A stretch of 64,000 bases of DNA. It comes from Alphaproteobacteria bacterium. Lineage in GTDB: Bacteria; Pseudomonadota; Alphaproteobacteria; Bin95. Shown one piece after another: positions 1 to 11,619 of the stretch. Within the stretch, counting starts at the first letter, position 1, and the number at the start of each line of letters is the position of its first letter. The position numbers and the translations under genes are program-made. The DNA lies in contig CAXXWS020000002.1 of assembly GCA_963665325.3 (NCBI GenBank), positions 384,001 to 448,000 of the forward strand, written 5' to 3'. The notes under the pieces were generated by a model. The model did no database searches, had not been told where the DNA came from, and saw only the letters and a list, made by a program, of their open reading frames with translations.

Positions 1-1
1 T

Positions 2-1054
2 TTTCGTGCAATTCGCATCCGGGCGAGAGGACGGCGTAACTCGTCATCGGCAGTATATGAACCTCTGAATGAGGAAACTGTAGGCGCATTTCTGCGCCGC
101 TGCCGGGAGATGCGGCACGAAACGCTGAGCCATGTCTCTCAGGCGTTGCGTATACGTACGCCCTATCTTAAGGCCATCGAAGAAGGCGAGTGGCATGCGC
201 TGCCGAATTCGGTTTATGCGCGGGCTTTCTTGCGCAGTTACGCTCTTCATGTGGAGGCGGACCCGGAACAAGTGTTGAAGCGAGCGGAAGCGGCGCTCGA
301 TTCGAGGCCCGGGCCCGACACGCCGTTGCCGCCATTGCCTGCGCGGGACCGGTCCCTTCCCGGTGGCGCGCTTGTCGGCGCTTCGGTGCTGCTTGCGATC
401 GCCGCCTATGCGGGCTGGTATTACTTCAGCGTACAGCAACTGCGCGACGAGCGGGTGGTCGCCGCGTTGCCGGACCGGCTGCTGACGGAACTCGCGCCTG
501 CGGAGCGCGCGCTACCCGTGTCGCCGCCGCCAGGCGTCGGTTTGCCGGTAACGACGGGCGAATGGCCCCGGTCAATGGAACGGCCGTCGGAGACGGATCG
601 CGAGTCGGTGGGGGCAGGAGATGCCGACGGAAGTGTAGCGTCCGAGCCGGTCGAACCCGACATACCGGATCGCAGCGAGGTTCGACCGGGTCTGCCAGCC
701 ATCGCTGCGCCGATTCCGGAGGAGAGGTTCGGACGGGATCGTACAGCCGGGGTGAGCGAGAACGGCGATATCGTCTCTGCTCCTGAGGGTGTGGTGTTCT
801 TCGCCGTCGAGCCGACCTATATAGAAGTCCGCTCTGTGGAGACGGACGAGGTGCTGCTGGGACAGCTGCTGCAAGCCGGCGAACGGTATCGGCCTCCGGA
901 CCGTCGGGGTCTCGTGCTGAGCGTCGGGAATGCCGGCGGACTGGAAATCACGGTCGACGGAGTTCCAATTCCGCGATTGGGCGCGACGGGTGCTGTCATG
1001 CGGCATATTCCGATCGATGGCGACTTACTGCTGCGGGGTCGGACCGGAGGCTGA
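2..1054 (+). CDS. rodZ: RodZ-like cytoskeleton protein (HTH + TM + DUF4115); reading frame is open to the window edge, so the true start may lie upstream
   Basis: The in-frame sequence upstream of ATG 110 reads ETVGAFLRRCREMRHETL, an HTH_25 start. It has YLKAIEEG..LP..VYARAFLRSYA, a TM helix and a C-terminal VGNAGGL..VDG..LG..G.V. It lies upstream of ispG. Confidence 0.85.
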   Translation, partial: FRAIRIRARGRRNSSSAVYEPLNEETVGAFLRRCREMRHETLSHVSQALRIRTPYLKAIEEGEWHALPNSVYARAFLRSYALHVEADPEQVLKRAEAALDSRPGPDTPLPPLPARDRSLPGGALVGASVLLAIAAYAGWYYFSVQQLRDERVVAALPDRLLTELAPAERALPVSPPPGVGLPVTTGEWPRSMERPSETDRESVGAGDADGSVASEPVEPDIPDRSEVRPGLPAIAAPIPEERFGRDRTAGVSENGDIVSAPEGVVFFAVEPTYIEVRSVETDEVLLGQLLQAGERYRPPDRRGLVLSVGNAGGLEITVDGVPIPRLGATGAVMRHIPIDGDLLLRGRTGG

Positions 1055-1113
1055 CAAGGGCCGTTTCAAATCGGGGAGCGGTCCCGTAAAGACAGGCATC
1101 CGGAAGGTGCTTC

Positions 1114-2229
1114 ATGAGCGTTCGTCCATATCGAGACATATATCGTCGGGCTTCCCGGAAAATCCGGGTCGGATCGGTCGAGGTCGGCGGGGACGCCCCG
1201 ATCAGCGTCCAGACCATGACCAACACGCCCACCGGTGATGTCGCCGCGACGATCGCGCAGGTGCGCAGGGCGGCGCTCGCGGGCGCGGACATCGTCAGGG
1301 TGTCCTGCCCCGACGAGGAGAGCACCGCGGCGCTCGCGGAGATCGTGCCGGAAGCCGGCGTTCCCATCGTCGCCGACATCCACTTCCACTACCGCCGGGC
1401 CATCGAGGCGGCGAAGGCGGGAGCGGCCTGCCTGCGCATCAACCCCGGCAATATCGGCTCGGCCGCGCGCGTGCGCGAGGTGGTGCAGGCGGCCAAAGAC
1501 CACGAATGCTCGATGCGGATCGGCGTGAATGGCGGCAGCCTTGAACGCCACCTGCTCGAGAAATACGGAGAGCCCTGTCCGGAAGCGCTGGTCGAGAGCG
1601 CGCTGGAACATGCCCGCATTCTGGAAGACAACGACTTCTTCGAGTTCAAGATAAGCGTCAAGGCATCTGACATCTTCCTGGCGACGGCGGCCTATCACGG
1701 ACTTGCGGAAGCCTGCGACTATCCCCTGCATGTCGGCATTACCGAGGCGGGCGGCCTGCGCACCGGGACGGTCAAGTCGGCGATTGGGCTGGGCTCGCTG
1801 CTATGGGCGGGGATCGGGGATACCGTGCGGGTGTCGCTGTCGGCAGATCCGGACGAGGAGGTTCGCGCCGGATTCGAAATCCTCAAGGCGCTCGGCCTGC
1901 GCCACCGCGGCGTCAATATCGTGTCCTGTCCGTCCTGCGCCCGGCAGCAGTTCGAGGTCATCGAGACGGTGTCGGTGCTGGAAGAGAGGCTTGCCCATAT
2001 CACAACGCCGATGACCGTTTCGGTTATCGGCTGCGTCGTCAACGGTCCGGGCGAGGCGCGTGAAACGGATATCGGCATCACCGGCGGCGGCAAGGGCACG
2101 CATATGGTCTATGTGGCCGGCCTGCCGCATCACCGCATCCAGAACACCGATATCGTGGACCACCTCGTTGGGCTCATCGAGGAAAAGGCCCGGGAAATCG
2201 AAGCCGAGCAGGCGCAAGAGGCGGCCTGA
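1114..2229 (+). CDS. ispG: (E)-4-hydroxy-3-methylbut-2-enyl-diphosphate synthase
   Basis: [29 protein letters not shown], and the CPSCAR...GCVVNGPGE 4Fe-4S motifs. Confidence 0.98.
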   Translation: MSVRPYRDIYRRASRKIRVGSVEVGGDAPISVQTMTNTPTGDVAATIAQVRRAALAGADIVRVSCPDEESTAALAEIVPEAGVPIVADIHFHYRRAIEAAKAGAACLRINPGNIGSAARVREVVQAAKDHECSMRIGVNGGSLERHLLEKYGEPCPEALVESALEHARILEDNDFFEFKISVKASDIFLATAAYHGLAEACDYPLHVGITEAGGLRTGTVKSAIGLGSLLWAGIGDTVRVSLSADPDEEVRAGFEILKALGLRHRGVNIVSCPSCARQQFEVIETVSVLEERLAHITTPMTVSVIGCVVNGPGEARETDIGITGGGKGTHMVYVAGLPHHRIQNTDIVDHLVGLIEEKAREIEAEQAQEAA

Positions 2230-3467
2230 TGGCGAAGCTTCGTGCCGTTCGCGGCACCCAGGACCTGCTGCCGGATGCGTGGGCGCGCCACCGCCATGTC
2301 GAGGAGACGGCGCGGCGCGTCACGGCCCTGTTCAATTACCGCAGCGTGGCGACGCCGGTCTTCGAGTTCACGGAGGTTTTCGCACGCACGCTCGGCGAGA
2401 CGTCCGATGTCGTCACCAAGGAGATGTACACCTTCGCCGACAAGGGCGGCGACAGCCTGACGCTTCGCCCGGAGAACACGGCAGGCGTGGCGCGCGCGTT
2501 CATCTCCGGCAATCTCCAGCAGCAATTGCCGCTCAAATATTTCTACAGCGGGCCGATGTTCCGCCATGAGCGCCCGCAGAAGGGGCGGCTGCGCCAGTTC
2601 CACCAGATCGGCATCGAAGTGCTGGGAGTCGCGGGGCCTGCCGCAGATATCGAGGTCATCCAGGCGGGGGCGCATGTGCTCGACGCGCTCGGGGTTCGGG
2701 ACCTGACCCGCCTGGAGCTGAACACGCTCGGCGATCAGGATAGCCGGACGGCGTATCGCGAGGCGCTGGTCGCGTATTACACCCGCCGCGAATCGGAGCT
2801 TTCGGAGGAGGGGCGGAGCCGCCTGCAGCGCAATCCGTTGCGCCTGCTCGATTCGAAGGACGAACGCGATACGGCCGTTTCCGCGGATGCGCCCCGCTAT
2901 GACGACTATCTGAACGGGCTGTCCACGGAATTCTTCGCCGAGGTCTGCGAAGGGCTGGATGCGCTCGGCATCGTCTATGTCCGCAATCCGCGCCTCGTGC
3001 GGGGGCTCGACTATTACGGGCACACAGCCTTCGAGTTCACCACCGACGCCCTCGGCGCCCAGGGCGCGGTTATTGCGGGCGGGCGGTATGACGGCCTGGT
3101 CGCCACGATGGGCGGCCCACCGACGCCGGGCATTGGCTGGGCCGGCGGTATCGAGCGGCTGGCGATGTTGACGACCGACTATCCGGAAGCATCCCCGGTC
3201 GTTTCGCTCGTGCCGGTCGGGCCAGCGGCTGAAAAGCAGGCGTTGCCGCTTGCCGATTCGCTGCGGCGGGCCGGGATAGCCGTCGATCTGGGCTTGTCCG
3301 GGAACCTCAAGCGCCGCATGCAGCAGGCGAACCGGATCGGCGCCCGGGCGGCGGTATTGCTGGGCGAAGACGAACTTGCCAAAGCTGTTGCGACCGTGCG
3401 CGACATGGAGAGCGGGGAGCAGCGCGAAGTCCCGATAGACCGGCTGGCGGCTGCGCTGGCTCCATGA
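2229..3467 (+). CDS. hisS: Histidine--tRNA ligase
   Basis: [43 protein letters not shown]. Confidence 0.98.
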   Translation: MAKLRAVRGTQDLLPDAWARHRHVEETARRVTALFNYRSVATPVFEFTEVFARTLGETSDVVTKEMYTFADKGGDSLTLRPENTAGVARAFISGNLQQQLPLKYFYSGPMFRHERPQKGRLRQFHQIGIEVLGVAGPAADIEVIQAGAHVLDALGVRDLTRLELNTLGDQDSRTAYREALVAYYTRRESELSEEGRSRLQRNPLRLLDSKDERDTAVSADAPRYDDYLNGLSTEFFAEVCEGLDALGIVYVRNPRLVRGLDYYGHTAFEFTTDALGAQGAVIAGGRYDGLVATMGGPPTPGIGWAGGIERLAMLTTDYPEASPVVSLVPVGPAAEKQALPLADSLRRAGIAVDLGLSGNLKRRMQQANRIGARAAVLLGEDELAKAVATVRDMESGEQREVPIDRLAAALAP

Positions 3468-4522
3468 GCCTCGACGACAAGCTCGACGCCATTCTCGCCC
3501 GCCATGCGGAGGTCAGCGCGCGCCTCTCGACGGGCGAGGTGCCTTCCGGCGAGCTTGCGGCCCTGTCGAAGGAATATTCCGACCTTTCGACCGTCGCGGC
3601 CGCGATCGGGTTGCGCCGGGAGCTGGAGCGCGAGGCGGCTGACCTCGAGGCGATGCTGGAAGACGACGAGCTCGGCGAGCTGGCGGCTTCGGAACTGCCG
3701 GAGCTGCGCGACCGGCTGGCGGAGGCCGAACGCGCGCTCCAAGTGCTGTTGCTGCCCCGCGACGAGGCCGATGAGCGCAGCGCCATTGTCGAAGTGCGCG
3801 CGGGTACCGGCGGTGACGAGGCGGCACTCTTCGCCGGCAATCTGCTGGCAATGTATCGCCGCTATGCTGAGATGCGCCGTTGGAAGGTGGAGATGTTGTC
3901 GTTCTCGCAAACGCCGCTCGGCGGCTGCAAGGAAGCGGTGATGTCCGTTGCAGGAAAGGACGTGTTTGCACGACTAAAATTCGAATCCGGCACGCATCGC
4001 GTCCAGCGGGTGCCGGAGACGGAGAGCCAGGGCCGCATCCACACTTCCGCCGCCACGGTGGCGGTGCTGCCGGAGGCCGAGGAGGTCGATGTCAGCATCG
4101 ACGAAAAGGACCTGAAAATCGACACCTACCGGGCCCAGGGCGCCGGCGGGCAGCATGTCAACACGACCGATTCGGCCGTGCGGATCACTCACCTGCCTAC
4201 CGGTATCGTCGTGCAGCAGCAGGACGAGAAGTCCCAGCACAAGAACCGCGCCCGGGCGATGAAGGTGCTACGTGCCCGCCTCTACGAGCATGAGCGCGCC
4301 CAGGCCGAGGCCGAGCGGGCGGCGGAGCGGCGCAGCCAGGTCGGCACGGGCGACCGCTCGCAACGCATCCGCACATATAATTTCCCTCAGGGGCGCGTGA
4401 CCGACCACCGGATCAACCTCACGCTCTACAAGCTCGAACGGGTCATCCAGGGCGAGCTGGACGAGCTGATAGAAGCGCTTGCGGCCGAGGACGAGGCGGC
4501 CCGCATTGCGCAATTGTCGTGA
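3464..4522 (+). CDS. prfA: Peptide chain release factor 1
   Basis: [19 protein letters not shown] (PxT specificity motif), [15 protein letters not shown]. Confidence 0.98.
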   Translation: MSLDDKLDAILARHAEVSARLSTGEVPSGELAALSKEYSDLSTVAAAIGLRRELEREAADLEAMLEDDELGELAASELPELRDRLAEAERALQVLLLPRDEADERSAIVEVRAGTGGDEAALFAGNLLAMYRRYAEMRRWKVEMLSFSQTPLGGCKEAVMSVAGKDVFARLKFESGTHRVQRVPETESQGRIHTSAATVAVLPEAEEVDVSIDEKDLKIDTYRAQGAGGQHVNTTDSAVRITHLPTGIVVQQQDEKSQHKNRARAMKVLRARLYEHERAQAEAERAAERRSQVGTGDRSQRIRTYNFPQGRVTDHRINLTLYKLERVIQGELDELIEALAAEDEAARIAQLS

Positions 4523-5340
4523 GCGTCGCGCCCGCGGAAGGCCGCGTCCGGCTGGCGGCGTTGGCGGAACGCTTGGCGGCGGCGGGAATCGCCGAGCCTC
4601 GGCGCGAGTTGCGGTTGCTCCAGATCGAGGCGGGCGGCACAAGCTCGCTTGCGGATTGGCTCGACAGGCCGCATTCCGGTCTGGAAGCTCTGGCGAACCG
4701 GCGGGCGGCCCGTGAACCCCTCTCCCGCATCGTTGGCCGGCGGGAGTTCTGGAGCCGCGACTTCCTGTTGACGCCGGAGGTCCTCGACCCCCGCCCGGAC
4801 AGCGAGACGGTGATCGAGGCGGCGCTGGCGGCCATGCCGTCCTTTCGCACCGTGCTGGACCTCGGCACGGGCAGCGGCTGCCTGCTGGCGGCGTTGCTGG
4901 CCGAGCGGCCGGCGGCTCAGGGGCTCGGCATCGACCGTTCGCTCGGCGCCTGCCGGGCGGCGCGCCGGAACCTGGCGGACCTGCCGGCCACGGTCGCGGC
5001 AGGAGACTGGGGGCGCGCGGTCGGGGGGCGGTTCGACCTCGTGGTCTCGAACCCGCCCTATATCCCGAGTGCCGAAATCGCGGGGCTCATGCCGGAAGTC
5101 CGGAACCATGATCCCCGGCTTGCGCTGGACGGCGGTGCAGATGGATTCGACGCTTACCGCGCCATTCTGGGGGACCTGCCGCGGTTGTTGTCTCCCGGTG
5201 GAATCGCCGTGCTGGAGCTGGGTTTCGGACAGGCCGAAGCCGTTGCCGCGCTCGCCGAAGGTGTCGGTCTTCGCGTCGAGGAAATCCGCCCCGACCTCGG
5301 CGGGATTCCCCGTGCCATGGTCCTCCGATCGCAGCTATGA
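4519..5340 (+). CDS. prmC: Release factor glutamine methyltransferase
   Basis: [25 protein letters not shown]; GTG start overlaps the prfA stop. Confidence 0.95.
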   Translation: MSVAPAEGRVRLAALAERLAAAGIAEPRRELRLLQIEAGGTSSLADWLDRPHSGLEALANRRAAREPLSRIVGRREFWSRDFLLTPEVLDPRPDSETVIEAALAAMPSFRTVLDLGTGSGCLLAALLAERPAAQGLGIDRSLGACRAARRNLADLPATVAAGDWGRAVGGRFDLVVSNPPYIPSAEIAGLMPEVRNHDPRLALDGGADGFDAYRAILGDLPRLLSPGGIAVLELGFGQAEAVAALAEGVGLRVEEIRPDLGGIPRAMVLRSQL

Positions 5341-5350
5341 TCGGATGACG

Positions 5351-6490
5351 ATGGATTTCTCGCTTTCCGAAGAGCAACGCGCATTTCAGGACGCCGCCCG
5401 CCGGTTCGCGGAGGATGTGTTCGCGCCCAATGCCGCGCGCTGGGATGCGGAATGCATTTTTCCGAAGGCCGAATTGCGCGAGGCCGCGTCGCTCGGCTTC
5501 GGCGGGCTCTATGTGCGCGAGGAAGTTGGCGGCTCGGGCCTCGCGCGCACGGACGCCGCCGTGGTGTTCGAGGAGTTGGCGGCAGGCTGCACCTCCACCG
5601 CGGCCTATATCTCGATCCACAACATGGCCGCCTGGATGATCGACCGCTTCGGCCACGACGAGCTGCGCGAGCGCCTGCTGCCGGACCTCTGCTCCATGCG
5701 GAAGCTGGCGAGCTATGCGCTGACGGAGCCCGGCGCCGGGTCAGATGCGGCGGCGCTCGCCACCCGCGCGGAGCGTGACGGCGACCACTATGTCCTGAAC
5801 GGCTCCAAGGCCTTCATCTCCGGGGCCTCCGAGACCGATGTCATCGTCTGCATGGTGCGCACGGGCGGTGAGGGGCCGAACGGCATCACCTGCCTCGCCG
5901 TGGAAGCGGACTCTCCCGGTCTCTCCTACGGTGCGCAGGAAAAGAAGCTCGGCTGGAACTCGCAGCCGACGGCCATGGTGTTGTTCGACGACTGCCGGGT
6001 GCCCGTGGCGAACCGCGTCGGCGGGGAAGGCGACGGCTTCCGGATCGCCATGGCGGGCCTGGACGGGGGCCGGATCAACATTGCCGCCTGCTCGATAGGC
6101 GCGGCACGTGCCTCGATGGAGACGGCCGCCGCCCATATGGCCGAGCGCAGGGCATTCGGGCGGCCGCTCGCAGACTTCCAGGCGTTGCAGTTTAAGCTGG
6201 CCGACATGGCGACCGATCTGGACGCGGCGCGGCTGATGACCTACCGGGCAGCGGCGGCGCTCGATGCCGGAGACCCGGATGCTACCCACCATTGCGCCAT
6301 GGCGAAGCGATTTGCCACTGACGCCGGTTTCGAGATCTGCAATGCGGCGCTTCAACTCCATGGCGGTTACGGCTATCTCAAGGACTATCCGCTGGAGCGC
6401 TTCGTGCGCGACACGAGGGTCCATCAGATCCTCGAAGGCACCAACGAAATCATGCGACTGATTATCGCGCGCAAGCTGTTGGAGCGATGA
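5351..6490 (+). CDS. Acyl-CoA dehydrogenase (isobutyryl-CoA dehydrogenase-like)
   Basis: MDFSLSEEQ start, [37 protein letters not shown]; clustered with the hydrolase and mmsB. Confidence 0.93.
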   Translation: MDFSLSEEQRAFQDAARRFAEDVFAPNAARWDAECIFPKAELREAASLGFGGLYVREEVGGSGLARTDAAVVFEELAAGCTSTAAYISIHNMAAWMIDRFGHDELRERLLPDLCSMRKLASYALTEPGAGSDAAALATRAERDGDHYVLNGSKAFISGASETDVIVCMVRTGGEGPNGITCLAVEADSPGLSYGAQEKKLGWNSQPTAMVLFDDCRVPVANRVGGEGDGFRIAMAGLDGGRINIAACSIGAARASMETAAAHMAERRAFGRPLADFQALQFKLADMATDLDAARLMTYRAAAALDAGDPDATHHCAMAKRFATDAGFEICNAALQLHGGYGYLKDYPLERFVRDTRVHQILEGTNEIMRLIIARKLLER

Positions 6491-7578
6491 AAGACGACAT
6501 CCTGTTCGACCGGACGGGCGGCCTCGGCCTCGCATTGCTGAACCGTCCGAAGGCGCTGAATGCCCTGACGCTGGAAATGGTGGACGCCCTCGACCGGCAG
6601 TTGCTGGCCTGGGCGGAGGACGATGCGGTGCGCGCCGTGGTCGTGGAAGGGGAGGGCGAGCGCGCCTTTGCCGCCGGCGGCGACATTCAGAGACTCTGCG
6701 AAGCGGGCCGGGCGGGCGATCCCTATACAAGCACGTTCTTCTGGGACGAATACATCCTGGACTGGCGCGTCTTTCACTATCCGAAACCCTATGTCGCGCT
6801 CCTCGACGGCATTGTAATGGGCGGCGGCGTCGGGGTTTCGGTGCTCGGTTCGCACCGCGTGGCGACCGAACGCACGGTGTTCGCCATGCCGGAAACCGGC
6901 ATCGGCTTCTTTCCGGATGTCGGTGCGACGTGGTTCCTTCCCCGCCTGCCGGGAAGGCTTGGGCTCTATCTCGCCCTGACGGGCGCCCGGCTCGGCGGGG
7001 CGGACAGCTACCATGCCGGCATCGCGACCCACTATGTGCCGAGCGCGCGTCTCGATGAGTTGAAGGCCGCACTGGCCGCCGTCCCTCTCGACGGGGAGGA
7101 TATCGAGATCAACCACGCCGAGGTGAGCGCGGTGCTGGACCGTTTCTCCGAGAACCCCGGCCCTCCTGCGATTGCGCCGGTGCGCCCCGCGTTGGAGCGG
7201 TGTTTCTCGGGGGCTTCGGTCGAACGGGTGTTGGAGGCGCTGGAGGCAGAGGGCGGCGAATGGGCGGACAAGACGCGCAAGGCCATGCTCGCCAAGGCGC
7301 CCACGTCGCTCAAGGTAGCGTTCGAACAGTACCGGCGGGGCGGCGAGCTCGACTTCGACGCCGCGCTTGCGCTGGAATACCGCATGTCGCAGGCGTTCAT
7401 GCGGGGCCACGATTTCTTCGAAGGCGTCCGCGCCCTGATCCTCGACAAGGACAACCGGCCCGCCTGGCAGCCGGCGCAGCTTTCCGAGGTGACGGCGGAT
7501 GCGGTCGCAGGCTATTTCTCCCCGGCGGACGAGGAACTGACGTTCGACAATCCCGTCCGCCGCTTCGCCCGCACATGA
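6487..7578 (+). CDS. 3-hydroxyisobutyryl-CoA hydrolase (enoyl-CoA hydratase/isomerase family)
   Basis: [53 protein letters not shown]. Confidence 0.93.
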   Translation: MKDDILFDRTGGLGLALLNRPKALNALTLEMVDALDRQLLAWAEDDAVRAVVVEGEGERAFAAGGDIQRLCEAGRAGDPYTSTFFWDEYILDWRVFHYPKPYVALLDGIVMGGGVGVSVLGSHRVATERTVFAMPETGIGFFPDVGATWFLPRLPGRLGLYLALTGARLGGADSYHAGIATHYVPSARLDELKAALAAVPLDGEDIEINHAEVSAVLDRFSENPGPPAIAPVRPALERCFSGASVERVLEALEAEGGEWADKTRKAMLAKAPTSLKVAFEQYRRGGELDFDAALALEYRMSQAFMRGHDFFEGVRALILDKDNRPAWQPAQLSEVTADAVAGYFSPADEELTFDNPVRRFART

Positions 7579-7590
7579 GGAGCTGACGGA

Positions 7591-8481
7591 ATGGCGCGCA
7601 TCGCATTTATCGGGGTCGGAAATATGGGCGGACCCATGACCCGTAACCTGTTGAAGGCCCAGCATGCCGTGACCGCCTACGACCCGGTCGACGCCGCGCT
7701 CGCGGACGTCGTCGAGGCGGGAGCCTCGCGGGCGGCTTCGGCGGCGGCGGCCGTCGAGGGCGCGGATGCCGTCGTCACCATGGTTCCGGCGGGTCCCGAG
7801 GTGCGCGAAGTCTATATCGGGGCAGGCGAAGTTCTTGCCGCGGTAGAGCCCGGAACTTTGCTGATCGATTGCTCGACCATCGATGTTGCCACGGCGCGCG
7901 AGGTTGCGGCGGCCGCGGCGGCGCAGGGTCTGGAGATGGTTGATGCGCCGGTTTCGGGGGGTACGGGCGGGGCCATCGCCGGCACGCTGACCTTCATGGT
8001 TGGCGGACCGGAGGCAGCCTTCGAGAAGGCGAAGCCGATCCTGGAGCATATGGGCGCGCGGATTGTCCATTGCGGCCCGGCGGGCAACGGCCAGGCGGCG
8101 AAAATCTGCAACAACATGATGCTGGCGATCAACATGCTGGGCGTCGCCGAGGGGTTCACGCTCGCAGACAATCTGGGGCTCGACCGGCAGACATTGTTCG
8201 ATGTCGTAGCCAATTCTTCCGGCCAGAGCTGGGCGGTCAGCCATCAATGTCCGGTACCGGGCCCGGTGCCGGCCTCGCCCGCCAACAACGGCTTCCAGCC
8301 GGGGTTCACCGCCGACATGATGGTCAAGGACCTGCGGCTCGCCAAGGACGCCGCCATGAAGAGCGGCACCGGCACGCCGATGGGCGCGCTGGCCGAGGCA
8401 CTGATGGCGCTCCATGTTGCGGGAGGTAACGGCCCGCGTGACTTCTCCTCGGTCATCGAGATGGTCCAGGCCGGGCGCTGA
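7591..8481 (+). CDS. mmsB: 3-hydroxyisobutyrate dehydrogenase
   Basis: FIGVGNMGGPM, DAPVSGG, GTLTFMVGG, AAKICNNM. Confidence 0.95.
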   Translation: MARIAFIGVGNMGGPMTRNLLKAQHAVTAYDPVDAALADVVEAGASRAASAAAAVEGADAVVTMVPAGPEVREVYIGAGEVLAAVEPGTLLIDCSTIDVATAREVAAAAAAQGLEMVDAPVSGGTGGAIAGTLTFMVGGPEAAFEKAKPILEHMGARIVHCGPAGNGQAAKICNNMMLAINMLGVAEGFTLADNLGLDRQTLFDVVANSSGQSWAVSHQCPVPGPVPASPANNGFQPGFTADMMVKDLRLAKDAAMKSGTGTPMGALAEALMALHVAGGNGPRDFSSVIEMVQAGR

Positions 8482-8554
8482 CCGTCGGCCAACTGCGGGA
8501 ACGCTTGCTTGAACCGCCGCTGCCCGGACAGTAAAGGGCAAGGGCGAAAGGATA

Positions 8555-9316
8555 ATGTCCCTCATGGCTGGTAACGAATCGGCGGAACGAACGGTGCTCG
8601 TTACCGGTGGAAGCCGGGGTATCGGTGCGGCAATCGCCGAGCGGCTCGCCCGCGACGGTTGGTCGGTTGCGCTGAATTATGCCGCCCGCGCGGCCGCGGC
8701 CGATGAGGTTGCCAGCCGTATCCGGGAAGCCGGAGGCAGGGTTCGCACGATCCGGGCCGATGTCTCCGACGCGGACGATGTGCGCGGCCTGTTCGCCGAC
8801 ATCGACAAGGAAATGCCGCGCCTGGAAGGGCTGGTAAACAATGCCGGCGTCGCCTCGCCGCTCGGCAACTTCACCGATATCGACGACGAGGCGATGGCGC
8901 GCGTCGTGTCGATCAATGTCACGGGCGCCATGCTGGTCGCGCGCGAGGCGGCGCGGCGCATGATGCGCTCGCGCGGCGGGGCGGGCGGCATCATCGTCAA
9001 TCTGGGCTCGCCGGCCTTCCGGCTGGGCAATCCTGGCGAACTGGTCGCTTATGCCACGACCAAGGGGGCGATTGCCTCGCTGACCGTCGGGCTCGCGCGC
9101 GAACTCGGGGCGGAGGGCGTGCGGGTGAACACGCTGGCGCCGGGGCTCATTCCGACCGACATGGCCAACGGCCGCGATATCGAGAAGCTGCTGGCGGGGG
9201 TGCCAATGGGTCGGCTCGGCACGGTCGAGGAAGTGGCGGAGGCGGCGTCGTGGCTGATGTCGGAGAAGGCCGCCTATGTGAGCGGCACGACGCTTGATGT
9301 AACGGGCGGCCGGTGA
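8555..9316 (+). CDS. SDR family oxidoreductase
   Basis: TGGSRGIG, NNAG, YATTK. Confidence 0.92.
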   Translation: MSLMAGNESAERTVLVTGGSRGIGAAIAERLARDGWSVALNYAARAAAADEVASRIREAGGRVRTIRADVSDADDVRGLFADIDKEMPRLEGLVNNAGVASPLGNFTDIDDEAMARVVSINVTGAMLVAREAARRMMRSRGGAGGIIVNLGSPAFRLGNPGELVAYATTKGAIASLTVGLARELGAEGVRVNTLAPGLIPTDMANGRDIEKLLAGVPMGRLGTVEEVAEAASWLMSEKAAYVSGTTLDVTGGR

Positions 9317-9341
9317 CCGCCATCGCAAACGGGGGAAGAGC

Positions 9342-10448
9342 GTGAAGACGGTCGTCAACAGCTGGAACGAGTGGGACCCGCTGCGCCATGTGATCGTCGG
9401 GCGGGCGGACGGCTGCTGCATTCCGCCGGCGGAGCCGGCGAGCGACCCGAAGATCCCGCTGGACAGCGACATGCGCGGCGTCCACGGGCCCCGGTCACAA
9501 GAGGCCGTGGATCGCGCCAACGAGCAGTTGGACGCCTTCGCCGCCATGCTGGAGAAGCGCGGCGTTCGGGTGGACCGCCCGGACCCCATCGACTTTAGCC
9601 AGGCTATCGCGACCCCTGACTGGAGCCACGGCTCGATGTTCGGCTGCCAGCCGCCGCGCGACGTGCTGCTGACGGTCGGCTCCGAGATGCTTGAAGCGAC
9701 CATGTCCTACCGCTCGCGCTGGTTCGAATATCTCTGCTACCGCCCGCTGCTGAAGCGCTTCTGGGACGATGACCCGAACATGCGCCATGAGGCGGCGCCG
9801 AAGCCCCGGCTGACGGACGCCTCTTACAAACCCGACTATCTCTCCGACGACATCACCATCGAGGAGCGGCTGGAGATGGTGGCGGCGAAGGACTTTGTCA
9901 CCACCGAGGCGGAGCCGCTGTTCGACGCGGCCGACGTGCTGCGCTTCGGGCGCGACCTCTTTGTGCAGCACGGCTTTACGACCAACCTGACCGGCATCGA
10001 ATGGCTGCGGCGGCACTTCCCGGACCACCGGGTCCATGCGCTCAACTTTCCGGGCGACCCCTATCCGATCCATATCGACGCGAGCTTCACGCCGCTCAGG
10101 CCGGGGCTCGTCCTCAACAATCCGGAACGCCGCCTGCCGGAAGAGCAGCGTGAAATCTTCAGCCGCAACGGCTGGGAGATCGTCGATGCCGCCCGCCCGG
10201 CGCATAACAGCCCGCCGGCGCTCTGCTATTCGAGTGTGTGGTTGTCGATGAACGTGCTGGCGCTCGACCCGAAGACGGTGTGCGTGGAAGCGAGCGAGGT
10301 CCACCAGATGGATCAGATCGACAGGCTAGGCTTGGAGGTCGTCCCGGTCCCGTTCCGCGACGCCTATGCTTTCGGAGGCGGCCTCCACTGCGCGACGGCG
10401 GACGTGCGTCGCGAAGGCAATTGCGAGGACTATTTCCCGCAGGGCTGA
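9342..10448 (+). CDS. Amidinotransferase (glycine/inosamine-phosphate amidinotransferase family)
   Basis: VNSWNEWDPL, PRD, FDAAD (Asp), HIDA (His) and GGGLHC (Cys) form the catalytic triad of the pentein fold. Confidence 0.9.
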   Translation: MKTVVNSWNEWDPLRHVIVGRADGCCIPPAEPASDPKIPLDSDMRGVHGPRSQEAVDRANEQLDAFAAMLEKRGVRVDRPDPIDFSQAIATPDWSHGSMFGCQPPRDVLLTVGSEMLEATMSYRSRWFEYLCYRPLLKRFWDDDPNMRHEAAPKPRLTDASYKPDYLSDDITIEERLEMVAAKDFVTTEAEPLFDAADVLRFGRDLFVQHGFTTNLTGIEWLRRHFPDHRVHALNFPGDPYPIHIDASFTPLRPGLVLNNPERRLPEEQREIFSRNGWEIVDAARPAHNSPPALCYSSVWLSMNVLALDPKTVCVEASEVHQMDQIDRLGLEVVPVPFRDAYAFGGGLHCATADVRREGNCEDYFPQG

Positions 10449-10572
10449 CGCATCAGTGCGGGACAGCCGGAAGGGATTCGGTTCTGGCCGGCTCGCCGCT
10501 TCGGGGCTGGACCTCCGGACGTTTGACGGGCCATGCTTTGCGAGGCCCGAAGCGAAAAAGGAACCGCTCCCC

Positions 10573-11613
10573 ATGCCGATCATTGCTGCCGAGAAACTGG
10601 AAGACACCATCCGCCGCCTGCTGGCCGCCTGTGGCACGCCCGGAGACGAGGCGGAAACTGTCGCGCGTCATGTGGTGGACGCCAACCTCTGCGGCCATGA
10701 CAGCCACGGCGCGATCCAGATTCCGATCTACATCGACAGGGTGGAAAAGGGCCATATCGTTCCCGGCGCGCCCTTCGAAATCGTCCGGGAAAGCCCGACG
10801 ACGACGGTGGTCGATGGCCATTGGGGCTTCGGCTACGCGATCGCCGAGCGTGCGCTCAAGCTCACGATGGAGAAGGCGGAGGCGCAGAACGTCGCCGCCT
10901 GCACGATCTTCCGGCAAAGCCATGTCGGGCGCCTCGGTGCCTATCCGACCATGGCCGCGAAGGCCGGCTTCATTGCCATGATGACCGCCGATTCCGGCCG
11001 CTCGGCCAAGAGCGTGGCGCCGTTCGGCGGCGCCGAGGCGCGGCTCGGGACGAACCCGATAGCCATGGCGGTGCCGTCCGCGCGGGGCGAGCCGGTCCTG
11101 ATCGACATGGCTACCTCTGCGGTGGCGGCCGGCAAGATCAAGCTCGCGCAGGCGCGCGGCAAATCGATTCCGGAAGGCTGGATCGTGCGCTCGGACGGCG
11201 GGGCCTCCACCGATCCCAATGATTTCGGCAACGGCGCGGTGCTTCTGCCGCTCGGCGGCAGCGAGGGTCACAAGGGCTATGGCCTATCCGCGATGGTCGA
11301 GATTCTTTCGGGTCTGCTGACCGGACTGGGTTTCGGCGTCGAGCCGACGGGGCGGCACAATGACGGCTGCTTCCTCGCGCTTTTCAAGGCCGCCGCCTTC
11401 CGCGACCCGGATGAGTTCGGGCGCGAGGTGGACGAATTCGTCGACTATCTGAAGGGCACGCGCACCGCCGCTGGCGTCGAGGAAGTGCTTGCTCCCGGCG
11501 AGATTGAACGGCGCAACGCCCAGGCGCGCCGGGCGAGCGGCATCGACATCGAGGACGCCACCTGGAACCAGTTCAGGGCACTCGGCGAGAAATACGGCGT
11601 CCCCGTTGGCTGA
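10573..11613 (+). CDS. Ldh_2 family oxidoreductase (malate/L-lactate/ureidoglycolate/sulfolactate dehydrogenase-like)
   Basis: GHDSHG, SHVGRLG, GTNPIA, DMATS, GHKGYGL, PGE. Confidence 0.9.
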   Translation: MPIIAAEKLEDTIRRLLAACGTPGDEAETVARHVVDANLCGHDSHGAIQIPIYIDRVEKGHIVPGAPFEIVRESPTTTVVDGHWGFGYAIAERALKLTMEKAEAQNVAACTIFRQSHVGRLGAYPTMAAKAGFIAMMTADSGRSAKSVAPFGGAEARLGTNPIAMAVPSARGEPVLIDMATSAVAAGKIKLAQARGKSIPEGWIVRSDGGASTDPNDFGNGAVLLPLGGSEGHKGYGLSAMVEILSGLLTGLGFGVEPTGRHNDGCFLALFKAAAFRDPDEFGREVDEFVDYLKGTRTAAGVEEVLAPGEIERRNAQARRASGIDIEDATWNQFRALGEKYGVPVG

Positions 11614-11619
11614 GGCCGC

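Noticed and set aside
6424-8565. 713-aa minus-strand ORF and the many other long overlapping ORFs (e.g. 29231-31246, 35618-37690, 45819-47684, 53746-55623)
   Set aside because: They are shadow frames of well-supported genes in high-GC DNA, with Arg/Ala/Gly-rich translations and no motifs
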